From an uncultured Clostridia bacterium (lineage in GTDB: Bacteria > Bacillota > Clostridia > Oscillospirales > JAAYOS01), in the NCBI GenBank assembly GCA_947593925.1, contig CANQDU010000003.1:34855-98854 (forward strand): 64,000 nt of DNA, read 5' to 3'. Positions 48,406 through 57,375 of the stretch are shown piece after piece. Numbering within the stretch: the stretch's first letter is position 1; every line of letters starts with the position of its first letter. A program made the translations under genes and the position numbers. The notes beneath the pieces are model-generated. The model saw only the letters and a program-made list of their open reading frames with translations, searched no databases and was not told where the DNA came from.

Positions 48406-49634
48406 TTCTCCGCCGCCTCCAACGCCCGCGCGGAGGCGCATCCCGCCGTGACGCCGGTCGCCCACGCCCAGTGGAGGTTGTAACCGCCGCAGTCGCCGTG
48501 GACGTCGAGCAGCTCCCCCGCCGCGTAAAGGCGCGGGTGCTGGAGGCTCTCCATCGTCTCGGGGTCGAACTGTGCGGCGCGGACGCCGCCCGCAGTCACC
48601 TGTGCGTTCTCCCAGCCCATCCTGCCGGACACCCGGAACTCCAGCCGCTTGAGCGCCGATGCGATGCGCTCGAGCGTATCGCCGTCAAAGGATGACACCG
48701 GCCTCGACAGCTTCTCGACGCCGGCGGCGCGGAGGACGAGGTTTCCGAGACGCTTTTGAAGCATACCCGCGAAGAAGTCCTCCGCCGTATGTGTAAAGAA
48801 AATCGCTTTACGATTTTCAAGTTCGTCAAGGAGTTTACCTTTACTAATTTCCGGGCAGAGGTCGAGCGTCACCGTGTCGCACTCCTCGTGCGCCGTTATC
48901 TGGAATATCGGTATGCCGGACAGTCCGTACTCGGTAAAAAGCACCTCGCCGCGCTCGCTGTGGACGAGCCGTCCTCTTGAGAAGGCGCTCGCCTCCGCGC
49001 GGACGCGCACTCCCTTCAGCGCCGCGACGGACGGCCGCTCGACCTTTAGCTGTACGAGCGCCGGAAGCAGCGGCGTCACCTCATAGCCGAGGGCGCGAAG
49101 GAGTTCTATACCGCTCCCGTCCGAGCCGAGCGACGGCGCGGCGCGTCCGCCCGTCGCGACTATCACCGCGTCCGCCGTGAGTTCCGTTCCGTCCGCCGAG
49201 AGTATGCGCCACTCTCCGCCCTGGGTCTGCGGCGGCAGGAGCTTCGCCGCCCGGAAGTCCGTCGCCGTCTCCGCGCCGGACGCGGCGGCGCGGAGCGCGT
49301 CGAGAAGTCCCGCCGCACTCTCGCTCATGGGGTACACTCTGCCGTCCTCAATATATTCCGGCACGCCGACCGAGCGGAAGAACTTCACGGCGTCCTCCGT
49401 TCCGAAGCGTGAGATCACCCGCTCCGCGAAGCGGACGTCTCCGTGGTAGTGCGCGGCGGATATGTCGGTATTTGTGAAGTTGCAGCGCCCGTTGCCGGTG
49501 GAGAGCAGCTTCTTTCCCACTCGCGCAAGGCGCTCCGCTATCACGACGCGCACGCGCCCCTCCGACGTGCGGAGGGCGCTCACCGCGGCGGCAAGACCCG
49601 CCGCTCCGCCGCCGAGTATCGCAAGCGTCTTCAA
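48402..49634 (-). CDS. HI0933/YhiN (BaiN-like) family flavoprotein
   Basis: 'GGGAAG', 'GKKLLSTGNGRCNFTN', 'AQVTAGGV', 'GGYNLHWAW'. Confidence 0.92.
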   Translation of the reverse strand: MKTLAILGGGAAGLAAAVSALRTSEGRVRVVIAERLARVGKKLLSTGNGRCNFTNTDISAAHYHGDVRFAERVISRFGTEDAVKFFRSVGVPEYIEDGRVYPMSESAAGLLDALRAAASGAETATDFRAAKLLPPQTQGGEWRILSADGTELTADAVIVATGGRAAPSLGSDGSGIELLRALGYEVTPLLPALVQLKVERPSVAALKGVRVRAEASAFSRGRLVHSERGEVLFTEYGLSGIPIFQITAHEECDTVTLDLCPEISKGKLLDELENRKAIFFTHTAEDFFAGMLQKRLGNLVLRAAGVEKLSRPVSSFDGDTLERIASALKRLEFRVSGRMGWENAQVTAGGVRAAQFDPETMESLQHPRLYAAGELLDVHGDCGGYNLHWAWATGVTAGCASARALEAAEK

Positions 49635-50575
49635 CTCTTCTCCTCCTCGGCGGGCGGCGCGGATATGACCACCCTGCCCTCCGAATACTCAAGGCGAACC
49701 TTGTTGCCGTTGACACCCAGCCTGTCAAGCAGCTCGCGCGGTATCTGCACGCGTCCCGCGCGGTCGAGCACCGCGAACTCATCCTGCGTCTCGCCGCCCT
49801 CCTCCGCGAGGCTCGCGACGTCGCTGAGGTCGCGCTTCACTATAAACTCGCTTGCGGTCTTGCCGTCGCGTATGGCGACGACGCGCTCGACCTTCTTTGC
49901 AAGCATCCTGTCATGGGTGACTATAACTATCGTCGTACCGAGCTCGCGGTTGAGCTCGCGGAACACGTCGAGGATGTAACTCGCCGTCGCCGCATCGACC
50001 GAGCCGGTGGGCTCGTCCGCAAGCAGAAGCTTCGGGTTGTTCGCGAGCGCGAGGGCTATCGCCACCCTCTGCTGTTCGCCGCCGGAGAGCATCTGGAGCC
50101 TGCTGTTCTTCCTGTGCCCCATGCCTACGAGCTCGAGAAGCTGCAGGGCGCGTGTCCTGCGATTGTCCGATAGCTGAAGCGCTCCGTCCTCGCGCGGCAT
50201 ATCCGCCTTGCAGAAGCTCATCGGCATCATGACGTTCTGCACTGCCGTGAGGTACGGCAGAAGGTTCCGCGCGTTGTTCTGCCACACGAACCCGACGGTG
50301 TACCGCTTGTAATCGACCAGCTGCTTTTCGTCGAGCTTGAACAGATCCTTCCCGTCCACGATGAGCCGTCCGGCGCTCGGACGGTCGAGCCCGCCTATCA
50401 TGTTGAGGAAGGTGCTCTTGCCCGAGCCGCTGTTGCCGATTATCGCCATCAGCTCGCCCCGCGCGACGGTGAGCTCGAGCCCCTGGAGCGCGAGGACTTC
50501 AAGATCCCTCGTCTTGTAGATCTTGACGAGGTCCTGGCACTCTATTATGTTGTCGCGCACAGCCGTCTCATTCAT
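49631..50575 (-). CDS. MacB/LolD-type ABC ATPase with C-terminal AbrB/MraZ-like extension
   Basis: GNSGSGKST, LSGGEQQR, LLADEPT, VTHD; tail 'VLDRAGRVQIPRELLDRLG'. Confidence 0.88.
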   Translation of the reverse strand: MNETAVRDNIIECQDLVKIYKTRDLEVLALQGLELTVARGELMAIIGNSGSGKSTFLNMIGGLDRPSAGRLIVDGKDLFKLDEKQLVDYKRYTVGFVWQNNARNLLPYLTAVQNVMMPMSFCKADMPREDGALQLSDNRRTRALQLLELVGMGHRKNSRLQMLSGGEQQRVAIALALANNPKLLLADEPTGSVDAATASYILDVFRELNRELGTTIVIVTHDRMLAKKVERVVAIRDGKTASEFIVKRDLSDVASLAEEGGETQDEFAVLDRAGRVQIPRELLDRLGVNGNKVRLEYSEGRVVISAPPAEEEKS

Positions 50576-51260
50576 CGGAGTCCACCCCCTGCACGAGTTT
50601 TCCGTCCGCGAGCTCGTAGGTACAGTCCGCAAGGCCGACGAGCCCCACGTCGTGCGTGGTCATGACGAGGGTGACGCCCTCGCTCTCGATAAGCTCGCGG
50701 AAGGTCTTCATGACCGAGAGGCCGGTGGCGGTGTCCAGCTCCGCCGTGGGCTCGTCCGCGAACAGCACCGCAGGACGGTGCGCTATAGCGCGCGCTATCG
50801 CGACGCGCTGCTGCTCGCCGCCGGACATCTCCTGCGGCATGTGATCCATCCGCGAACCGAGGCCGACGAGCCGCAGACACTCCTCCGCGCGGCGGCGGCG
50901 CTCCGCCGCCGGAACACCCGCTATGCGGAGTCCGAACTCCACGTTCTCATACGCCGTCATTATGCTGACGAGCGCCACCGACTGGAATACGAAGCCTATC
51001 TTTTTTCGGCGTATGGCGTCCCGCTCCGGCTCGGAGGCAGCGGTGATGTCCACGCCGTCCACCGTGACAGTGCCGGCCGTCGGACGGTCGAGCGCGCCGA
51101 GGATGTTCATAAGCGTCGTCTTTCCCGAGCCGCTGCGGCCGCGGAGCATCGTGAGCTTTCCCTTCGGGATGCCGAGAGTTATATCGCTGAGAGCCCAGAA
51201 GTCGTTCTCCCCCGCCCTGAAGGAGCGGGACACGCCCTCCGCCGTGATGATGTTTTCCAT
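50568..51260 (-). CDS. MacB/LolD-type ABC ATPase
   Basis: GRSGSGKTT, 'IGFVFQ', MSGGEQQR, LFADEPT, TTHD. Confidence 0.92.
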   Translation of the reverse strand: MENIITAEGVSRSFRAGENDFWALSDITLGIPKGKLTMLRGRSGSGKTTLMNILGALDRPTAGTVTVDGVDITAASEPERDAIRRKKIGFVFQSVALVSIMTAYENVEFGLRIAGVPAAERRRRAEECLRLVGLGSRMDHMPQEMSGGEQQRVAIARAIAHRPAVLFADEPTAELDTATGLSVMKTFRELIESEGVTLVMTTHDVGLVGLADCTYELADGKLVQGVDSDE

Positions 51261-51273
51261 TCGCGTCCCCTCC

Positions 51274-54072
51274 TCAGTCTTCTCCGAGCTTTAAAGCCTG
51301 CGCTATGCGTATCTTCGAGATAAGCACGCAGAGCACCGCAATGCACACTATTAGCATCACGCCTATCACGATAAACAGCCGCGCAAAGTCGCTCCCCTCC
51401 ATGGCTATCCGGAGCGGCAGGACGTTCTGTCCCGCGGCGTAGCCCATCTGTATGAGCGGCACGAAGAAGTGCGAGGCAAGGAGCCCCACCCCCACGCCGA
51501 AGCCAATCGACACGCCGGATATGAACACCTGCTCCGAGAGAAGCATCGAGAATATGCCCCGCATCGACATACCCATCGCGCGGAATATACCGAACTGCAG
51601 CACCCGCGAGCGTATCGAGAGTATCCAGTATATCAGGAAGCCGGTCATGCAGACCGCGAGCACGATTATGAAGCCGACGGTGAGGACGCCGTTCGTGCCC
51701 TGAAGCACCGGGTCGTTCTTCTCGGCGACGACCGCCGCGTCCGCGTCAAGGAACACCTCGAAGCGCATATCCTGCGCCTCCGCGAGGTCGTAGACCGGCT
51801 GTGCGCCCTCCGGGGAGTTCTTCATCCATATCTCGTAGGGAGTGACGCCCCACTCCGCCTGTATCTGCGCGATATTCGCAATTACGAAGTAGTTCTCCTC
51901 GTAGGTGGCGCCGCCCGAGCCGTCCGCCCGCGGCGTAGTCATGACGAGGCTCGGCCAGTAGTCCACAAATCCCGCTATGATGCCTGTGCTGCTGCTTCCC
52001 TCCGGGCTGTACAGGTTTATCGTGTCTCCAAGCTCTAGGCCCTGCTTTGTGTGGAAGTTTATCGAGAGCAGTACGGCGGATGCATCGGAGGCCAAAGCGT
52101 TCAGATACTCGTTCTGGTGCGCGGGAAGCTGTCCCTCGCGGAACCACGCTATCTCGCCGAACTCCTTGGAGTCTATCGCGAGCATCGTGACGTCGTTCAG
52201 CCTCTGCGTCGGGGCGACGACGTCCTCCGTGCGCTGTACCTTCGTCAGCCGTATTCCGGCGGCGGCGAGGGGCGAATATCGCTCATAGTCGGGCTCGTAC
52301 CACACCGTCTCGTCCGAGGCGGTGACGTAGCTTTTGTTCGACGTCCACTCCTCCCGCACGACGACGTCCGCGCCGTACTCGTAGCGAATATTCTCCTCCA
52401 TGTTGAGGTTTATCGTGCGCGCGGCGGAAGAGCTGAAAATGCCGGTCGCTATGGTCAGCACGAGGAATATCATGATGAATTGCTCCTCGCCCACCGACCG
52501 CGTTATCCTCAGGAAGGATGCGTAGAGCGCGGGCGGCCAGAAGCGCCGTCCCACCCGGAATATCAGCCGCATTATCCACGGGAACACGCGCACGAGCAGA
52601 AGCCCCGCGCCAACCATGAAGAGCGACGACGTGATGAAGAGCAGCGGGTCTATCCCGCCCCCTCCCGCGCTCAGAAGATCCTTCTGATTGTTGTAGGAGT
52701 AGAGACCGTATATCGACGCTCCGAGAAGTATCACGTCAAGGAACAGCTTCTGCCAGAGCGGACGTGTCGAGCGTCCCGTCTTCGTGCGCTTGTGGTCCAC
52801 TATCGTTATCTTTGAATACCTGAAGGCGGGTATCGTCATCATGAGAACGGCTAGGATCGCCGCCGCGCCGCTGTAGAGCACGGCCTCCGGAACTATCCGC
52901 GCGTTTAATGAAGCACGGCTCACGAGGCCGAGGAACCCGTCCGACGCGCCGAGCACCCTGCATATCAGGAGACCGAGCGGCAGCCCCGCAAGGAAGCTCA
53001 CTCCCGCGACTATGCCGCTCTCCGCGAGGAACAGGAGTATCACCTGTCCGCGCGACGCGCCTCGGCTCTTTATCACCGCGACGGAGTTCTTCTCCTGCTC
53101 GAGTATCTCCTTTGACACCATGAATATGAAGAACGCAAAGAGTATGAATATGGGCGTCTGGAGCACCCAGAGCGTCACGGTGAGGCGGGACGCCTCGTCA
53201 AGTATGCTCTCGAGCGTCTGCGTATAGCCCGCACGGAAGCCGAGGGAGCCGTAGCGCTCGAACTCCTTCGCGCCCGCAAGCGTCGCCTCGTACACCTCGC
53301 GCGCGCCTTCGGCGTCGAGCGAGGAGTAGTCGAACAGGTCGTAGTACTGCGCGCCGAAGTTCACTTCCTGCGGCAGGGGGTCGATAAACGTCTCGCGGAA
53401 CAGATCCTCGTCCATCAGGCAGACGTCGGTGAAGGTCTGCGGCGAGTAGTACCAGTAGGGGTCGCTCTCCTCGCTGTTTATGTAGGTGCCGACGACCTTG
53501 AAGCGTACCGAGCCGCCGCTGTTGAGACGCGCCTGCTTCATCTCGAGGACTTCCCCGAGGATGAGGTCCTGTTCCACGAGCGTCCTCTCGTTTACTATGA
53601 CCTCTATGACGCCGCCGTCCGGCTCGGAGGAATACATCCGCCCCGTCTCGATAGTCAGGTGACTCTCGACGCCGCTCATCGACTGGAGGCGGAGCATCCT
53701 GTCCGCCTCGGTGCGACGTCCTTCCACCCCGAGCGCCTGATAGTCGGACGTTGTGTAGACCGTCACCTTCTCCTTAAACGGGACGGGCATGCTCTCCTCA
53801 AAGGCGGCAAGCCGCTCCTCGAACTGCATCAGCCCGTCGCGCTCGCGGCCCTTGTTCATATTGAGCGAGTTGAAGCGCAGCTCCACCGCGAGCGGATAGC
53901 TGTTCCGCTCAACCTGTCTTGCGTCGAGCGTGCGGACTATCATCCGCTGAAGTATCGCGTCCGAATATATCGGGATGCTCGCGACCATCGAGCAGAGCAG
54001 GAGGTTTCCTATCAGCAGGCTTGCGACGAGCCACTTGTTTGAGAGCATCTTTCTGAGGATGAATCCGAACAT
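51274..54072 (-). CDS. Double-length FtsX/MacB-type ABC exporter permease
   Basis: Two modules of TM, large extracellular domain and TM bundle, with 'VIKSRGASRGQV' and 'FGIFRAMGMS' coupling motifs; 932 aa. Confidence 0.85.
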   Translation of the reverse strand: MFGFILRKMLSNKWLVASLLIGNLLLCSMVASIPIYSDAILQRMIVRTLDARQVERNSYPLAVELRFNSLNMNKGRERDGLMQFEERLAAFEESMPVPFKEKVTVYTTSDYQALGVEGRRTEADRMLRLQSMSGVESHLTIETGRMYSSEPDGGVIEVIVNERTLVEQDLILGEVLEMKQARLNSGGSVRFKVVGTYINSEESDPYWYYSPQTFTDVCLMDEDLFRETFIDPLPQEVNFGAQYYDLFDYSSLDAEGAREVYEATLAGAKEFERYGSLGFRAGYTQTLESILDEASRLTVTLWVLQTPIFILFAFFIFMVSKEILEQEKNSVAVIKSRGASRGQVILLFLAESGIVAGVSFLAGLPLGLLICRVLGASDGFLGLVSRASLNARIVPEAVLYSGAAAILAVLMMTIPAFRYSKITIVDHKRTKTGRSTRPLWQKLFLDVILLGASIYGLYSYNNQKDLLSAGGGGIDPLLFITSSLFMVGAGLLLVRVFPWIMRLIFRVGRRFWPPALYASFLRITRSVGEEQFIMIFLVLTIATGIFSSSAARTINLNMEENIRYEYGADVVVREEWTSNKSYVTASDETVWYEPDYERYSPLAAAGIRLTKVQRTEDVVAPTQRLNDVTMLAIDSKEFGEIAWFREGQLPAHQNEYLNALASDASAVLLSINFHTKQGLELGDTINLYSPEGSSSTGIIAGFVDYWPSLVMTTPRADGSGGATYEENYFVIANIAQIQAEWGVTPYEIWMKNSPEGAQPVYDLAEAQDMRFEVFLDADAAVVAEKNDPVLQGTNGVLTVGFIIVLAVCMTGFLIYWILSIRSRVLQFGIFRAMGMSMRGIFSMLLSEQVFISGVSIGFGVGVGLLASHFFVPLIQMGYAAGQNVLPLRIAMEGSDFARLFIVIGVMLIVCIAVLCVLISKIRIAQALKLGED

Positions 54073-54086
54073 TTCTCTCCCTCCCC

Positions 54087-55220
54087 TTAACCGACGCTCA
54101 CATACTCGCCCTGCTCAAGGCCGGCAAGTATCTGTGTGTTCTTATCGTCCGCAAGACCCGTGACGACGAAGCGCTTCCTCGGCGACCCGTCCCGCATGAC
54201 GTAGACGTACCTCTTGCCCTCCTCGCTTTTCAGCGCGCTGTTCGGTACGACCACAACGCCGTCAAGCGAGAAACGCTCGACCTCCACCCGTATGCGCGGC
54301 ATGAACCTTCCCGCGCCGTCCGACGCAAGGACTGCGTTCGCGGCCTCCATAAGCTCGTCCGGTATCTCCACCGTAAAGGAACCCGTGTCCTCGCCCCGGT
54401 TTATCGGCGCGTCGAGCACGCGGCTCTCTATGTCTCCGTCGGCGAGGTCGGTCCTTATTATCGCTTTCTCGCCGTAACGCGGAACGCCTGTGATGTCGCT
54501 CGGCGCGGTGACGGCGATATCCTCGTAGCTTATGAAGGTACACACCCGGCGGCCGTATTCCACTGGCAGCCCCGCCCCGAGGCTCTCGAGCGAATAGACG
54601 CATCCGCGCGCCGGGGCGTAGACGGTGTCCTCCGCCGCGCGCTCGCTAAACTCATCGAGCGTCTCCCGAGCCGCCGCGACGCGGTCCTCGGCGCTCCGCT
54701 CGGCAGCCTCAAGCTGAAGCTCCGCGCGCTCAAGGGCGAGCTCCGCGCGGCGGTACGCGCGCGCGTCCGACCTGTCCGCCGCCGCGAGCGCTTCCCTCGC
54801 CGACGCGGCGGCGCTCCGCGCGGTATCTACCGCGCGCTCCGTTTCGCTTTTCGCTATCTCAAGCTCCGCCTCGAGGCGCTGACGCTCCGCCGCGCTCGTC
54901 TCTATCGTAAATCGCGCTATCGGCGCGCCTTCCTCCACCGTGTCGCCTGCGGAGACATAGTATTCGGCAAAGCGCGCGCCGCTGAATTCACAGTATATGT
55001 CCTGCGTCGCAAAGGATACGGAGGCGTCGGCCGACATGCTGCGCGATATGCCGCCCACCGTGACCTCCGCCGTGCGCGTCGAGCCGGAGGAGCTTCCTCC
55101 GCTCCTCTCCACGGGCTTTATCAGCGCCTCTCCCGCGCTCTTGCTCTCCGAGCAGGAGACGAGGAAAAATGCCGCCGTCGCCGCGAGCAGCAGCGCGCAA
55201 AGTCTCTTAGCCGCCGACAT
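54087..55220 (-). CDS. Membrane-fusion (HlyD/MacA-type) adaptor lipoprotein 3
   Basis: Lipobox 'FLVSC'; lipoyl half-motifs 'VSAGDTVEEG' and 'VYAPARG'; coiled coil; 'VPNSAL', 'GLEQGEYV'. Confidence 0.82.
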   Translation of the reverse strand: MSAAKRLCALLLAATAAFFLVSCSESKSAGEALIKPVERSGGSSSGSTRTAEVTVGGISRSMSADASVSFATQDIYCEFSGARFAEYYVSAGDTVEEGAPIARFTIETSAAERQRLEAELEIAKSETERAVDTARSAAASAREALAAADRSDARAYRRAELALERAELQLEAAERSAEDRVAAARETLDEFSERAAEDTVYAPARGCVYSLESLGAGLPVEYGRRVCTFISYEDIAVTAPSDITGVPRYGEKAIIRTDLADGDIESRVLDAPINRGEDTGSFTVEIPDELMEAANAVLASDGAGRFMPRIRVEVERFSLDGVVVVPNSALKSEEGKRYVYVMRDGSPRKRFVVTGLADDKNTQILAGLEQGEYVSVG

Positions 55221-56289
55221 AGACCTCATCCCCCTCCTCTATTCCGTCGAGTATTTCCACATATGCGTCGTTTGTGACGCCGGCCTTCACCTCGGTGTAC
55301 ACGAGCTCGCCGCCGTCCTCGATATAGACGTAGGTGACGCCCGAGTCTCGGTAGAGCGCGCCCGAGGGTATCCGCACGGTGTCCTTCGCGCTCTCGCGGA
55401 CGGCGCGGAGCTGTACAAACTCGCCCGTTTCGGGAAGCTCGCCGCCGTCCGAGCGTACGAACCTCTGCGGAGCGTCCTTCCCCGTCGCCTCGAACACCGC
55501 GATCTCGCGGTCGGTATACTCCCAGCGCTCGAGCGGGTACTCCGTCCCGTCCTCGATGTAGCTGAGCTGCGCCGCACTCGGCACCTTTTCTCCCGCCGCA
55601 CAGCTTATGTAGCGCCGGTCGCCGTCGGAAAGGGTGACAAGCGTCGTCGAAGACGCGGCGCGCGCGCCCTCCGACGTGTAGACCGAGATGACCTCGCCAC
55701 TCACCGGCGCGCGCAGCGTCGCGCTCTCTATCTCCTTCTCAAGCTCCGCTATGTCCTTTTTCGCGGCGTCAAGCGATCTCTCGAGCTGTCCGTCGTACCT
55801 CTCAAGGTCTGCCTGACGGCTCTCGACCTCGATCCGGAGCAGAGAGGCGTCCAGCCCGTCCGGGTCGGTCTCCTCCGCCTCCTCGAGGTCGAGCTTTGCA
55901 AGCTCCAGATCTATCTCGAGCATGCGGCGCTCACGCGCCCCGCTCTCCTCGAGCGAAGCGAGCCGCTCCTTCGCGTTGTCAAGTCTCTCCCGAAGCCCCT
56001 CGGTGTCGAGCCGCAGGAGCGCGTCCCCCTCGGAGACGCTGTCCCCCGTCTTTACAAACACCCCGTCTACCACGCCGGACGAGTCTTCAAAGGACACTTC
56101 GGTCTGCACCGGCAGGACGTATGCGGAGTACACAAGCACCGCTTCGACGTCCCCGCGCTCCGCTTTCGCCGTGTCGTACACAACCTTGACGGAGTCCGCG
56201 AGCGGCGGCGCGGACGTCTCTCCTCCGCCCCCGCAGGACGTCATTATCAGCGCGGCAACAGTTGCCGCAGCGAGCAGTCTCAGCTTCAT
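55207..56289 (-). CDS. Membrane-fusion adaptor lipoprotein 2
   Basis: Lipobox 'IMTSC'; 'VKTGDSVSEGDAL', 'LRAPVSGEV', 'IPSGAL', 'GIEEGDEV'. Confidence 0.85.
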   Translation of the reverse strand: MKLRLLAAATVAALIMTSCGGGGETSAPPLADSVKVVYDTAKAERGDVEAVLVYSAYVLPVQTEVSFEDSSGVVDGVFVKTGDSVSEGDALLRLDTEGLRERLDNAKERLASLEESGARERRMLEIDLELAKLDLEEAEETDPDGLDASLLRIEVESRQADLERYDGQLERSLDAAKKDIAELEKEIESATLRAPVSGEVISVYTSEGARAASSTTLVTLSDGDRRYISCAAGEKVPSAAQLSYIEDGTEYPLERWEYTDREIAVFEATGKDAPQRFVRSDGGELPETGEFVQLRAVRESAKDTVRIPSGALYRDSGVTYVYIEDGGELVYTEVKAGVTNDAYVEILDGIEEGDEVYVGG

Positions 56290-57347
56290 GACACTATCAC
56301 CTGCTCTCCCTCCTCGAGGCCGGAAACTATCTCGGTCATACCGTCCGCCGAGAAGCCCGTTTCGACGTTTCTCATCACGCGGACGCCGTCCTCGAGCATA
56401 TAGACTATCGACCGGCCGTTCGCGCTCTTCACCGCCCCGGACGGGACGCGCAGAACGCCGTACACGGCGTCCTGCGTAATGCTCACCACTCCGTAGGCAC
56501 CCTCCGCCGCCGTCTCGGTGTAGTCGCGCGGCACGATACTCGCGACGCTTCCCTCTGTCGAGACGACCTCCGCCTCGTACTCCTCGCCGCCGATATTGAC
56601 CGTGACGACGTCCCCGACGGCAAAGAGGCCCTTCGCGTCGGTCTCGTCGCAGGAGAACACCATGGAGGTCTTGTCGCTTATCGTTATGAATGTCTCTCCG
56701 GCGGTCGAGGTAAAGCCGTCCCCGCCGAAGCTCTTGACGTAGGTCACAGTCCCCGCGAACGGGGCGTATAGACGGTGCTTTTCCTCGTCCGAAAGCAGCT
56801 CGTCAAGCCTTGCCTTCTCCGCGGCAAGGCGAAGCTCGGTCGTGCGGCGGTTTGCTTTGTAGTTCTCCTCCGCCGCCTTCCGCCCGTCTTTCAGGCTCTC
56901 ATTTTCCGGGTCCGCCGCGATGCGGAGGTCGTACCGCTCAAGCTCGAGCTTCGAGCTTTCGGCTGCTTCCTCAAGCGTCCGCTCGTAGCCCGCTATCGTC
57001 TCGCGCACGGCGTCTATCTCGTCGGAAAGGCCGCCGTCCTCGAGCTCGCAGAGCAGCTCGCCCTCCTTCACGTCGTCTCCGACCGAGACATATACCGCGT
57101 CGAGCGCCGCTCCGTTCACGTCGAACGCGAGCGACTGCTTGACGGACGGCATATAGCGGAAGGTCACCCTCTTTGTCTCGAGGATGTCCCCCCGCTCCAC
57201 ATTCGCGAAGGTGTAGTTTGTCTTTTCGTAGGCGTATATCAGCGGGGGCGACGGCGCCTCCGCCTCCTCCGGCAGCAGCGAGCACCCGCCGAGTATCAGC
57301 GCCGCCGCGCACGCCATCGCCGTGCATTTTACGGATATGCTGCTCAT
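56286..57347 (-). CDS. Membrane-fusion adaptor lipoprotein 1
   Basis: Lipobox 'ILGGC'; 'VSVGDDVKEGELL', 'LYAPFAGTV', 'VPSGAV', 'GLEEGEQV'. Confidence 0.85.
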   Translation of the reverse strand: MSSISVKCTAMACAAALILGGCSLLPEEAEAPSPPLIYAYEKTNYTFANVERGDILETKRVTFRYMPSVKQSLAFDVNGAALDAVYVSVGDDVKEGELLCELEDGGLSDEIDAVRETIAGYERTLEEAAESSKLELERYDLRIAADPENESLKDGRKAAEENYKANRRTTELRLAAEKARLDELLSDEEKHRLYAPFAGTVTYVKSFGGDGFTSTAGETFITISDKTSMVFSCDETDAKGLFAVGDVVTVNIGGEEYEAEVVSTEGSVASIVPRDYTETAAEGAYGVVSITQDAVYGVLRVPSGAVKSANGRSIVYMLEDGVRVMRNVETGFSADGMTEIVSGLEEGEQVIVS

Positions 57348-57375
57348 TTCCGTCCTCCGAGAGAAAGAATATCTG

